Assembly: GCA_043825615.1 (NCBI GenBank)
Contig: JBDRRS010000004.1
Location: forward strand, 82,567-114,566
DNA length: 32,000 nt
Source of the DNA: a bacterium
GTDB lineage: Bacteria > CG03
Direction of reading: 5' to 3'
Shown here one piece after another: positions 1 through 8,211 of this stretch (position 1 is its first letter; every line of letters starts with the position of its first letter). The notes under the pieces are model-generated. The model saw only the letters and a list, made by a program, of their open reading frames with translations. It had not been told where the DNA came from and did not search any database. A program made the position numbers and the translations under genes.

Positions 1-1336
1 CGTCGGGGGATATGGCCAGCATGCCCTCACCGTTCCGATGAACGGATGCTCAAAGACACTGCCGCTTTTCACCTGTAAAAATATGTCTTACGAGGTGACA
101 TCTTATTACACAAATAACATCGTCTCCGGCGCGTATCAGGGATACGGGGTGCCGCAGACGAATTTCGCAGTGCACATGGCGCTTGCGGAACTCGCGCAGA
201 AACTCGGCATAAACTTTCCGGAGTTCATATCCCGAAACCTCGTCAGTAAGGGCTACCGGCTTGATATTCTCAAACAACTGGGCGAGGGACGGGAAGGCCT
301 CGCTCAAAAATTATCAAGCTGCGGTCTGCCGGAATGCATAGAAAAAGGTCTCATAAAATATAAAAAATGGGAAAACAAAAAAGCAGGGGGAGACATTGTG
401 CAGGGCAAAGGTATGGCGGTGATGATGCAGGGCTCCGGAATCCCCGGGCTTGACGCCGCAAACGCAATGGTCAAGATGATATCCGACGGGACTTTTATGC
501 TCTACATCGGAGGTGCCGACCTCGGAACGGGCGAAGATACCGTAGCCGCAAAAGTCGTTGCCGAGGAACTCGGAGTCAATCAGGATAATGTATCCGTGAC
601 TTCCGCCGACACGGACACAACACCGTTCGACAAGGGCTCTTACGCATCAAGCGGCACTTTCTTTACGGGGAATGCCGCTTACACGGCCGCCCGGAATATG
701 AAAAAACTCATCATAAATACAGCCGCCGATATTCTTAAACTGAAACCCTCTCAGATAAAAATAATGCCGGTCGGACGGGTCGGAACCGAATCAAAAAATT
801 TAACCTACAAAGAACTGGCTCTGAAAACGCAGTCGGGCGACGGCGCAGGCCAGTTGATTGCAAGCGGCGCATTTACGACGGAGGTCTCGCCCATACCCTA
901 TGCCGCGCATTTCTGCCAGGTCTCCGTAAACAAACGCACAGGCATGGTGAAGGTGGACAGGTACTACGCTCTCCACGACTGCGGGGTGCCCATAAATCCC
1001 GACCTCGCAAAAGGCCAGGTTTACGGCGGAGTGCTGAAAACAATAGGCCACACTTTTTACGAGGCGATGGAATTTGACAAAACCGGGAAATGCCTCAACA
1101 GCAATTTCACGAACTATCCCATACAGAACATTAACGACCTTCCTGATGACTTTGAAGTTGAACTGATAGAAGTCGCCGACGACATCACGCCCTATGTCGG
1201 CAAATCAATCGGCGAACTCGCCTGCGACGGCGCATCCGCCTGTATTGCTCTGGCAATAAACGACGCCTGCGGAATCTGGATGAGACACTGGCCATTCCGC
1301 CCCGAAAAAATCCTCACCCAACTCTCCAAAAAATAA
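1..1336 (+). CDS. Xanthine dehydrogenase / aldehyde oxidoreductase family molybdopterin-binding subunit, C-terminal part (5' end outside window)
   Basis: The frame is open from nt 2, with no stop before the listed ATG at 38. The translation shows family-typical blocks: QGYGVPQ, GGADLGTGEDT, FDKGSYASSGTFFTGNA, HDCGVPINPDLAKGQVYGG, GKSIGE. Confidence 0.8.
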   Translation, partial: VGGYGQHALTVPMNGCSKTLPLFTCKNMSYEVTSYYTNNIVSGAYQGYGVPQTNFAVHMALAELAQKLGINFPEFISRNLVSKGYRLDILKQLGEGREGLAQKLSSCGLPECIEKGLIKYKKWENKKAGGDIVQGKGMAVMMQGSGIPGLDAANAMVKMISDGTFMLYIGGADLGTGEDTVAAKVVAEELGVNQDNVSVTSADTDTTPFDKGSYASSGTFFTGNAAYTAARNMKKLIINTAADILKLKPSQIKIMPVGRVGTESKNLTYKELALKTQSGDGAGQLIASGAFTTEVSPIPYAAHFCQVSVNKRTGMVKVDRYYALHDCGVPINPDLAKGQVYGGVLKTIGHTFYEAMEFDKTGKCLNSNFTNYPIQNINDLPDDFEVELIEVADDITPYVGKSIGELACDGASACIALAINDACGIWMRHWPFRPEKILTQLSKK

Positions 1337-1470
1337 ACCCCACCTTCTTCTCCCTCCAAGAATTATACATTTTTTAAAGGAAATTTTTCTTTGCCGATTT
1401 TATTGGAATGGTTGAAATATACTTTGTTTATTCCAATTACATTAATTTTATTTTGCTTAATTTTATAATA

Positions 1471-2202
1471 CTAATTCAATTCCTTTTGAGCACATAGCCG
1501 TATAATTCGTGTATATCTTAATCCAAAATCTGATTTATCATTAGTATCCTCATAATATAAAACTCGAAAATTTTTAAATAATTCAATTAGTTCATTTGAT
1601 TTAAAAACTACACCCTTTCCAATTTGCATATCAGTAGTCGCATCAAGATGAAAAGCTTCCAAAACTATTATTCCACGATCTTTGAGAGATTCATATAGTT
1701 TAGGTATTAATCCCCGAACTGGCACATAACTTAATACTATTAAATCCCATTGTTCATTTCCAAAATCAAATTCTTCGGACGTTTGAATACTAGTTTTTAT
1801 ATTTAATCCTTTTTGTTTTGCATGTTTCTCTGCTAATGCTACTGCCTTATACGCAGGGTCAAATCCTGTAACTTCCCAACCTTGTTCAGATAAATAGATT
1901 GTATTTCTACCTTGACCCATACCCACATCTAAAGCCTTGCCTGGTTTCCTACTTTTTATCATTTCTATTAGAAATTTATTGGGTTGAGTATTAAACGTGG
2001 GATTTTCTGATGTAAGAATTTTATTCCATCTTTCTGCAATGTAAGATTTTCTTTTTCTAGATGCTTGATCCTTTTTCTGAGAAGAATCAAGATTATTAGC
2101 ATGAATAAATGGATGTACAAACAGAGCGAGAATCATAATAAATATTCTTAATTTCATAATAATCGGAAAATCGGGAAAATCGGGACATCCTTGATTTTCC
2201 AT
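1471..2202 (-). CDS. Class I SAM-dependent methyltransferase (TehB-like fold) with an N-terminal signal-peptide-like segment
   Basis: The SAM-binding motif ALDVGMGQGRNTIYLSEQGWEVTGFD is followed by DLIVLSYV. The hydrophobic leader is MKLRIFIMILALFVHPFIHA. The start is either ATG 2202 (7 nt after a TATAAT box, so possibly leaderless) or ATG 2157. The gene is AT-rich. Confidence 0.75.
   Translation of the reverse strand: MENQGCPDFPDFPIIMKLRIFIMILALFVHPFIHANNLDSSQKKDQASRKRKSYIAERWNKILTSENPTFNTQPNKFLIEMIKSRKPGKALDVGMGQGRNTIYLSEQGWEVTGFDPAYKAVALAEKHAKQKGLNIKTSIQTSEEFDFGNEQWDLIVLSYVPVRGLIPKLYESLKDRGIIVLEAFHLDATTDMQIGKGVVFKSNELIELFKNFRVLYYEDTNDKSDFGLRYTRIIRLCAQKELN
2163..2200. repeat. Partial third copy of the hairpin submotif of the island-1 repeat (GGAAAATC...GATTTTCC), with tandem CGGGAAAAT x2
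   Basis: cgggaaaatcgggacatccttgattttcc resembles 2240-2268 and 2943-2972. The arms ggaaaatc and gattttcc are perfect reverse complements. Confidence 0.6.
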
Positions 2203-2208
2203 GATTTT

Positions 2209-2237
2209 ATTATACCATTCACTTAGCCTAATTCAAA
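2209..2237 (-). promoter_or_regulatory. Candidate sigma-70 promoter with extended -10 (TTTGAA-N17-TGgTATAAT) for the methyltransferase
   Basis: On the minus strand, TATAAT lies at 2214-2209 preceded by TGG, and TTTGAA lies at 2237-2232 with a 17-nt spacer. ATG 2202 begins 7 nt after the -10 box. Confidence 0.45.
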
Positions 2238-2370
2238 GCGGAAAAAGCGGGATGTTCTTGGTTTTGCGGCGGACGGTCACTTCTTTTTTTGTTTCCTTTT
2301 TGTTTCTTGAAATTATTTCACGTGAAATAATTTGCCTTTTTTCCGACGACGCCGTTTTAAGGTGTGCCAC
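2231..2370. repeat. Island-1 repeat module, copy A (hairpin + T-rich tract + palindrome + GACGACG tail)
   Basis: The ungapped 90-nt core 2281-2370 matches 2979-3068 at 79/90 positions by my count. The upstream hairpin part aligns with small indels. Confidence 0.85.
2310..2333. promoter_or_regulatory. Perfect 24-bp palindrome AAATTATTTCAC|GTGAAATAATTT (candidate operator)
   Basis: It is self-complementary on direct reading and is conserved in copy B. Confidence 0.5.
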
Positions 2371-2428
2371 AAATCGGGTGGATACGGATAACGGGGCACT
2401 GGGAAAAAATCAGCGGCTTGTTAAAAAT

Positions 2429-2689
2429 TTATATTTTACTTTTTAAGGGATATTTCTCAGGATTTTCAAGATTATCTATATCAAGGTCAACATCAAGGTC
2501 TGACCAGTGTAAATGAAATCCATGCAGAAGTTTTACATTTTGAATATTCTTTACGGGTTGATTTTTAAAATAGGGGTAATCCTTATAGTTAAAGAAATAT
2601 TCTTTACCCTTAACAAGTATCCATAGACCATACGGGGTAATGTTTTCAACGCTTACCGAAATGTTTCTTCCATTTTTTAATAATTTCAT
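2429..2689 (-). CDS. DUF2442-family small protein
   Basis: The translation MKLLKNGRNISVSVENITPYGLWILVKGKEYFFNY...LLHGFHLHWSDLDVDLDIDNL ends in the DUF2442-typical HW..LD.DL signature. I prefer ATG 2689 (GGAG 11 nt upstream) over the track start at 2722. The gene overlaps the 3' end of the DUF4160 gene. Confidence 0.7.
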   Translation of the reverse strand: MKLLKNGRNISVSVENITPYGLWILVKGKEYFFNYKDYPYFKNQPVKNIQNVKLLHGFHLHWSDLDVDLDIDNLENPEKYPLKSKI

Positions 2690-2887
2690 TTTTTCGTTTC
2701 TCCACAATTTTTTGTATTTCATTCAATTGGTTAGGTTTAAGTTTGATGTATGTAGCAAGCGAAATAATAGGTTCTATCCAAAATTTTGCCTCTCCATCCT
2801 CACATCCCACATGTACATGCATGCGCACTTCTTCATTTGATAGAAAATAAATCTATAACCCTTAACTCGAAATACTGTTGGACTCAT
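2646..2887 (-). pseudogene. DUF4160-family gene interrupted by a 1-nt frameshift
   Basis: ATG 2887 opens MSPTVFRVKGYRFIFY, which then runs out of frame into a stop. The -1 frame continues SNEEVRMHVHVGCEDGEAKFWIEP... (the track ORF 2646-2828). Joined, the two parts give the canonical DUF4160 N-terminus (..F.FY.NE...H.HV....EAKFW.EP). The break lies in ttctatcaaatg, around 2839-2841. Confidence 0.65.
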
Positions 2888-2905
2888 AACTATTTCCTTA
2901 AAGTA

Positions 2906-2933
2906 ATTATAGCATGTTCGATTTTATTTCAAA
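2906..2933 (-). promoter_or_regulatory. Candidate extended -10 promoter (TTTGAA-N16-TGcTATAAT) for the DUF4160/DUF2442 pair
   Basis: On the minus strand, TATAAT lies at 2911-2906 preceded by TGC. An AAGGAA Shine-Dalgarno lies 7 nt before ATG 2887. Confidence 0.5.
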
Positions 2934-3068
2934 ACATGCAAGCTGGGAAAACAGGAACGTCCTTGGTTTTCCTGCCTGTTCTTTTTTTGTTTCCTTTTGG
3001 TTTACTGAAATTATTTCACGTGAAATAATTGACCTTTTTCCCGACGACGACGTTTCAGGGTGGTCCAC
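2927..3068. repeat. Island-1 repeat module, copy B
   Basis: See copy A. Copy B has the same order of hairpin (2943-2972), T-rich tract, palindrome and CGACGACG tail. The period between copies is about 698 nt. Confidence 0.85.
3009..3030. promoter_or_regulatory. Perfect 22-bp palindrome AATTATTTCAC|GTGAAATAATT (copy B of the candidate operator)
   Basis: Self-complementary on direct reading. Confidence 0.5.
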
Positions 3069-3127
3069 TTTTTGCAAGATTCCTGAAAATTTGATTTGAT
3101 GAAAAGAAAAATACGGAGGAGGTTAGA

Positions 3128-3547
3128 ATGAAACACTTAACGGAGCATCTCTGGTTTAGCACTTCTCACAGGCGGGATTACATAAATATCACGCCCGAAG
3201 TCGAGAAACTGGTTAAAAAAAGCGGGGTGAAGGAAGGGCTTTGTCTTGTGAACGCCATGCACATTACCGCCAGCGTGTTTATCAATGACGCCGAAAGCGG
3301 GCTGTTGAAGGATTTTGACGACTGGCTGGAAAATTTTGCTCCGCACGAACCTTTATCAAAATACAGGCATAACAGAACCGGTGAAGACAACGGTGACGCC
3401 CATCTTAAGAGGACAATAATGGGAAGAGAGGCTGTTATCGCTATTACCGGCGGCAAACTTGATTTCGGCCCGTGGGAACAGATTTTTTACGGCGAATTCG
3501 ACGGCAGGAGAAGAAAAAGAGTTTTGGTAAAGGTAATCGGCGAATAG
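3128..3547 (+). CDS. yjbQ: YjbQ/UPF0047 family protein (secondary thiamine-phosphate synthase-type enzyme)
   Basis: The ORF is family-like over its full length: ITPEV...[24 protein letters not shown]...WLE.., [26 protein letters not shown] strong GGAGGAGG Shine-Dalgarno precedes the ATG. Confidence 0.85.
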   Translation: MKHLTEHLWFSTSHRRDYINITPEVEKLVKKSGVKEGLCLVNAMHITASVFINDAESGLLKDFDDWLENFAPHEPLSKYRHNRTGEDNGDAHLKRTIMGREAVIAITGGKLDFGPWEQIFYGEFDGRRRKRVLVKVIGE

Positions 3548-3565
3548 AGCCCCGAGCTTTTCAGC

Positions 3566-3590
3566 CGGCGGGTTTTACCGCCATTTTTTG
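3566..3590 (+). terminator. Candidate intrinsic terminator after yjbQ
   Basis: GGCGG (3567-3571), a 6-nt loop and CCGCC (3578-3582) are followed by ATTTTTTG. The stem is short and the structure overlaps the 3' end of the convergent gene. Confidence 0.4.
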
Positions 3591-4468
3591 TGAAACCACC
3601 ACCACTGCCCGGGGTATTTTCTTACGAACATTTCAACCTGCTCGTTGAACTTCTGCGTATTTTCACCCTCGTCGCCGCTCATGTTCAGCGGATTCCCTAT
3701 GATTATTTTGTGTTTTGTCCCCTTCCTAACAATAAAAGCAGGCAATACCGCCGCGCCGGATTTCCTTGCGAGCGTGTCCGCTCCCGGCGGCGCCAGAATT
3801 TCCCGCCCGAAGAAACGCGTTTTTATGCCTCTTGAGAATTTCTGGTCAACAAAGATAAAAAGGGAATGCCCCCTGCGCAGTTCCCTGAGAGACCTCTTGA
3901 GAGACAGAAATCTCGGCTTGTAGTATATGAGTATGCTGTAAAGTTTTCCGGTGCCTGTAATCTTCCTCCGGTACACGTTGAACATGCGCTCGAGGTGGCT
4001 ATTCGCCACCTCTTTGAGTATAAGATACACCTTCTGCCCGTCCGCAACGAACTTGCACACCATCAAAGCAAACTGCCCGAGGTGGGCGGATATAAACAGG
4101 ACGGGTCCTTTTCTGAGCGCACCGGTGTAGTTTTCAAAACCCTCGTACGAAAACCTGCGATTCATCTCCGCTGCGCCGCGCACATAGTAATAATTTAACT
4201 CGAAAACGCCTTTAACAAGGTTCTGAAACGATTCTATGGCGATTTTTCTTTTTTCTTCTTTCGTTTTTGTGTTGCCGAATGCAAGGTCAAGGTTACTGAG
4301 AGCGGTGCGTCTTCTCGGTACGGCGGCGTAAAAACCCAGCCACCCGAGCAGGTCGGCGAGTTTGTTTACGAAATGTATTGAGAACGGTGCCAGCAGGCAG
4401 AACAATGCTTTTATTTTTATAAAAAGGACAAAATCAAATATACCCCTCGCAATTTTTTTAAACATCAT
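3575..4468 (-). CDS. Lysophospholipid acyltransferase family protein, LpxL/HtrB-like lipid A late acyltransferase
   Basis: The protein has an N-terminal TM segment, the block RRRTALSNLDLAFG, an LFISAHLGQF (HX4-type) region, and a C-terminal YPGQWWWFHKKWR typical of this family. Confidence 0.75.
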   Translation of the reverse strand: MMFKKIARGIFDFVLFIKIKALFCLLAPFSIHFVNKLADLLGWLGFYAAVPRRRTALSNLDLAFGNTKTKEEKRKIAIESFQNLVKGVFELNYYYVRGAAEMNRRFSYEGFENYTGALRKGPVLFISAHLGQFALMVCKFVADGQKVYLILKEVANSHLERMFNVYRRKITGTGKLYSILIYYKPRFLSLKRSLRELRRGHSLFIFVDQKFSRGIKTRFFGREILAPPGADTLARKSGAAVLPAFIVRKGTKHKIIIGNPLNMSGDEGENTQKFNEQVEMFVRKYPGQWWWFHKKWR

Positions 4469-4475
4469 CTAACAT

Positions 4476-5375
4476 TTATCCTATTATATAATTGTACACA
4501 AAACCCGAAATAAGCGAAACGGCGCTTATTACTGCCAGATATAAAAAAAGTATCTTTGCGCCGAATTCTTTTTTCAGAACAAGTATCGTGCTGTAACTTG
4601 TAATCGGACCGACCAGAAGAAGCACAATACCCGCGCCCTGATTCATACCGCTGTTTACAAAAGCGGCGGCCAGCGGTACGCTCGCGGTGGAACAAATATA
4701 CATTATCATCCCGAAAAACAGCGCAAAAATATATCCGAGACTCGAATGCAGATAAGTACTTATTATATTTCCTACCGGTGTTATCGACGCTACCGCCGCC
4801 GCAAGCACTAATCCCGCCGCAATCTCAATACCCATTTCACGCGGCTGTTCCACAAACGAAAACAGGAATATGGACCGGATTTTTTGAGAGACGGTCCTTA
4901 CCGGATGATTATGTCCGCCTTTGCCGGAGGCGCAAGAAGGACAAGTTTCCGTTTCGGTTTTTCCGTCCCCCGCGCTGAAATTATTTCCTATAATTCCTAT
5001 TATGAGCCCCATTATTATTACAGAGCCGGAAAGATACAGCGTAAAGCCCAGCCCCATCAGCCGCCATGCGACCAAAACGGCGGAAACGGAAGTGGCGGGA
5101 GTCGCCACCAGAAAAGCCAGAACCGGCCCCATAGAAACGCCTTTTTTCCTGAGCCCCACAGCTATGGGCAGTGAACCTATGCAGCAGACGGGAAGAATAA
5201 TGCCGGCGAGCGTCACATAAAATATCGGCAGGAGCCCCTTCCTGTTAAGGTACCTGTTCACAAATCCGGAAGGGACAAATTCGTTAATAAGTCCGCTGAT
5301 AAAAAAACCGGCTAGCAGCGCCGGAGCAACCTCAACGGCGTAATGCAGAAGTTTTGCCGTAAAATGCTGGAACAT
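4476..5375 (-). CDS. DUF318/ArsP-type polytopic permease with a Cys/His-rich loop (putative metal or metalloid transporter)
   Basis: The protein has multiple TM segments, PVCCIGSLP and LVATPATS motifs, and a central loop ETCPSCASGKGGHNHP. Confidence 0.65.
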   Translation of the reverse strand: MFQHFTAKLLHYAVEVAPALLAGFFISGLINEFVPSGFVNRYLNRKGLLPIFYVTLAGIILPVCCIGSLPIAVGLRKKGVSMGPVLAFLVATPATSVSAVLVAWRLMGLGFTLYLSGSVIIMGLIIGIIGNNFSAGDGKTETETCPSCASGKGGHNHPVRTVSQKIRSIFLFSFVEQPREMGIEIAAGLVLAAAVASITPVGNIISTYLHSSLGYIFALFFGMIMYICSTASVPLAAAFVNSGMNQGAGIVLLLVGPITSYSTILVLKKEFGAKILFLYLAVISAVSLISGFVYNYIIG

Positions 5376-6281
5376 CTATCTTACCTCGAGCATACGCGCG
5401 AGAGCTTTCCCCGCTCTTGCGGCTATTGACTTATCCACCTTCACTTCATACCTGAGTTTTTCGAGAGAATCAAGAAGTTTGACAAGATTTATCTTCTTCA
5501 TATCTCTGCACACCGCCTCTTCCGTCACGGGATAAAATTTCACGCCGGGGCAGGCCGTTGACAGACTGTAGAGCATCCCCGTCTCCGTCCCCGCCAGAAC
5601 TTCCTTTTTCCCCCTGGACAGGTCTATCATCCCGGAAGTAGAGGCGACTGCGTCAGCATGCGCGATGGTCTCAGGAGGACACTCCGGATGCACGATGGCA
5701 AAAGCCCGCGGATGTTTTTCGCGCGAGGTATCCAAAGCCCATGCCGTTATTTTCTGGTGAACGGGACAGTACCCGTCATACAGTATAATTTTTTTGGAAG
5801 TAAAAGACGCCGTATAACCGCCCAGACACCGGTCGGGCACAAAAATTATCTCTTCCTCCTCAAGCGAATTCACCACCTCAACCGCATTGGCGGAAGTACA
5901 GCAAATATCGGATTCCGCTTTCACCGCTGCCGTCGTGTTCACATAACAGACGACCGCAGCGCCGGGGTGAGCTTTTTTCAAAGCCCTGAGGCCGGCGGCA
6001 TCTATCATATCCGCCATCGGACATCCGGCTGACCCGTCGGGAATTAAAACGTTTTTTTCGGGCGAAAGAATTGCCGCCGTCTCCGCCATAAAATAAACAC
6101 CGCAAAAAACAATGACGTCCGCTTCCGTCTCGGCGGCGCGGCGCGACAAATCCAGAGAATCTCCCAGAAAATCCGCAGCGTCCTGAACTTCCGGAATCTG
6201 ATAGTTATGGACAAGTATCACCGCGTTCCTCTTCTTTTTGAGTTCTTTGATTTTTACGAGAATTCCCAATGTATTTTTCAT
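5376..6281 (-). CDS. nadA: Quinolinate synthase
   Basis: Characteristic NadA sequence: ILVHNYQ.PEVQD.ADF.GDSL.LS, VFCGV.FMAETA, and the three-domain Cys pattern. Confidence 0.9.
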   Translation of the reverse strand: MKNTLGILVKIKELKKKRNAVILVHNYQIPEVQDAADFLGDSLDLSRRAAETEADVIVFCGVYFMAETAAILSPEKNVLIPDGSAGCPMADMIDAAGLRALKKAHPGAAVVCYVNTTAAVKAESDICCTSANAVEVVNSLEEEEIIFVPDRCLGGYTASFTSKKIILYDGYCPVHQKITAWALDTSREKHPRAFAIVHPECPPETIAHADAVASTSGMIDLSRGKKEVLAGTETGMLYSLSTACPGVKFYPVTEEAVCRDMKKINLVKLLDSLEKLRYEVKVDKSIAARAGKALARMLEVR

Positions 6282-6311
6282 TTTATTTCAATTGCCGACG
6301 GCAGGGAACGG

Positions 6312-7484
6312 TTAATCTTTTTTATCTCCGGGATATATAGGAGACATCTTCCTCAAGACATTTACAATTTTCTGAAGTTCCTTCACGACAAAATCAATGT
6401 CTTTCTCCGTATTGCACCTGCCTAAACTGAACCTGACTGAGCCCTGGGCGATTTCGGGCGGAATCCCCATCGCGGACAAAACATGGGACGGCTCAAGCGA
6501 ACCGGAAGCGCAGGCGGAACCCGAAGACGCCGCCACGCCTTTTAAATCAAGTTTAAGCACAATGGATTCCCCCTCGATGTATTTAAAAGAAAGGTCGGCG
6601 GTGTTCGGCAGACGGCGGTCGGGGTGACCGTTTAACTTCACGTCCTTTATTGAATTCATTATACCCGAAACGAATTTGTCTCTCAGTTTTTTCAACCTTT
6701 CGTTTTCCTCGCTCATTTCTTTTCCGGCGATTTCAACCGCTTTCGCAAAACCGACGATACCGGCCACATTCTCGGTGCCCGCGCGAGAATTTTTCTCGTG
6801 ATGGCCCCCGTGAATAATGGACTCAAGTTTGGTCCCTTTCCTTATATAAATTACGCCTATGCCCTTGGGCCCGTACAACTTATGCCCCGAAAGAGAAAGC
6901 AGGTCAATTTTCAAGTCGTCCACATTTATCGGTATTTTACCGGCCGCCTGAACGGCGTCGGTGTGAAAAAGAACATTATTCCGTTTTGCAATTTCGCCAA
7001 TTTCCTTAACAGGTTGAATTGTCCCCACCTCGTTATTAGCGTGCATAACCGTTACAAGCACCGTTTCATCGCCGATGTATTTTTTCAGTTCGTCCATACT
7101 CACCACGCCGTATTCGTCGACGGGAAGATACGTAACCCTGTAACCCCTTTTTTCCAGAAATTTACAGGTGCCCAGAACAGCCGGGTGTTCAATTGCAGAC
7201 GTTATAATGTGTTTCCCTTTAACCCCGTTTGCGAAAGCGGCGCCTTTTACCGCAAAATTGTCCGACTCCGTGCCGCCGGAGGTGAAAACAATCTCCCCGG
7301 GGGATGCTCCGAGAAAGCCCGCTATCTTCTCCCGCGCTTCCTCCACCGCCTTCCGCGCGGAGCGGCCGAAGGAATGCAGACTTGACGCGTTGCCGAAATC
7401 CCTTCTGAAATAAGGTGTCATTGCCTTAACGACGCGCGGGTCAACGGGCGTCGTGGCGTTGTGGTCGAGATATATTTTACTCAT
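6312..7484 (-). CDS. nifS: Cysteine desulfurase (NifS/IscS class)
   Basis: Supporting blocks are [36 protein letters not shown] (PLP lysine) and the [17 protein letters not shown] active-site loop. I prefer start ATG 7484, which overlaps the cysE stop by 8 nt. Confidence 0.9.
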   Translation of the reverse strand: MSKIYLDHNATTPVDPRVVKAMTPYFRRDFGNASSLHSFGRSARKAVEEAREKIAGFLGASPGEIVFTSGGTESDNFAVKGAAFANGVKGKHIITSAIEHPAVLGTCKFLEKRGYRVTYLPVDEYGVVSMDELKKYIGDETVLVTVMHANNEVGTIQPVKEIGEIAKRNNVLFHTDAVQAAGKIPINVDDLKIDLLSLSGHKLYGPKGIGVIYIRKGTKLESIIHGGHHEKNSRAGTENVAGIVGFAKAVEIAGKEMSEENERLKKLRDKFVSGIMNSIKDVKLNGHPDRRLPNTADLSFKYIEGESIVLKLDLKGVAASSGSACASGSLEPSHVLSAMGIPPEIAQGSVRFSLGRCNTEKDIDFVVKELQKIVNVLRKMSPIYPGDKKD

Positions 7485-8205
7485 TTTTTTCTTTCCTGAC
7501 GAGAAACTCATGCTCTATTTCATCTCTCTTTTTTTCAAGGAGCTCGTCTATCTTGCTTACAACCCCCTCCATGGACTCAATTTTTTTAAGACGCTCTTCA
7601 AGTTTATTCTGCTCGGCAAGAACAAATTTTATGGCATCGGCGACAGGGTCGGGAAGTTTGCCGTGTTCGAGCACTTTGAGATGCTCCTGGCTCCAACCCA
7701 TGCCCACTCTTGCCGGAACGCCGACGGCCGTCGCATTCGCGGGAATATCCGTTATCACGACAGAACCCGCGCCTATTCTCGCGTGTTCCCCTATTTTTAC
7801 CGCGCCGAGAACAATCGCACCCGCGCCCACGACAACATTATCCCCGAGCGTGGGATGCCTCTTTTTCTTTGCCTGGCTTGTACCGCCGAGAACAACACCC
7901 TGATAGAGTAAAACATCGTTTCCTATCTCGGCCGTTTCCCCTATTACAACGCCCATCCCGTGGTCAATAAAAAATCTTCTGCCGATTTGCGCCCCGGGGT
8001 GGATCTCTATTCCCGTCAGGTGCCGGCTAACGTGCGAAATAATTCTTGCAAACGCGTATTCCCGCCTCCCGTAAAACCAGTGAGCAATGCGGTGCCACCA
8101 GAGAGCATGAAGGCCCGGATAGCAGAAAAGAACCTCAAGCATATTTTTTGCGGCGGGATCCTTCTTAAAAACCGTTTTCACATCTTCCTTTATTCTTTTA
8201 AACAT
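7477..8205 (-). CDS. cysE: Serine O-acetyltransferase
   Basis: Supporting features are DPAA....E....YPG..A...HR.AH, hexapeptide repeats ([26 protein letters not shown]) and a C-terminal LPDPVA tail like the short Bacillus-type CysE. Confidence 0.9.
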   Translation of the reverse strand: MFKRIKEDVKTVFKKDPAAKNMLEVLFCYPGLHALWWHRIAHWFYGRREYAFARIISHVSRHLTGIEIHPGAQIGRRFFIDHGMGVVIGETAEIGNDVLLYQGVVLGGTSQAKKKRHPTLGDNVVVGAGAIVLGAVKIGEHARIGAGSVVITDIPANATAVGVPARVGMGWSQEHLKVLEHGKLPDPVADAIKFVLAEQNKLEERLKKIESMEGVVSKIDELLEKKRDEIEHEFLVRKEKNE

Positions 8206-8211
8206 TGCGAA

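Noticed and set aside
2201-3099. Plus-strand ORFs 2201-2446 and 2914-3099 share a peptide block (SFFVSF.F.EIISREII.LF.DD.V), suggesting paralogous small proteins.
   Set aside because: The similarity comes from the duplicated non-coding module. The shared part contains a perfect 22-24 bp palindrome and a long T-run. No Shine-Dalgarno is evident, and the ORFs run antisense to the candidate promoters.
3072-3100. A possible yjbQ promoter (TTGCAA-N17-TTTGAT) at the right end of repeat copy B.
   Set aside because: The -10 match is poor and I could not distinguish it from background in this AT-rich stretch, so I did not call it.
1337-3127. Integron cassette array with attC sites.
   Set aside because: I kept this only as a hypothesis inside a finding. 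There is no integrase, attI or identifiable R''/R' core (RYYYAAC/GTTRRRY), and no repeat after the methyltransferase gene. I do not call it as a feature.
3711-3730. GTCCCCTTCC inside the lpxL-like gene, resembling a half-site of the GGGGAC element.
   Set aside because: Only one arm is present and there is no partner or flank motif. It lies in-frame within conserved coding sequence (..VRKGTKHK..), so it is probably coincidental.
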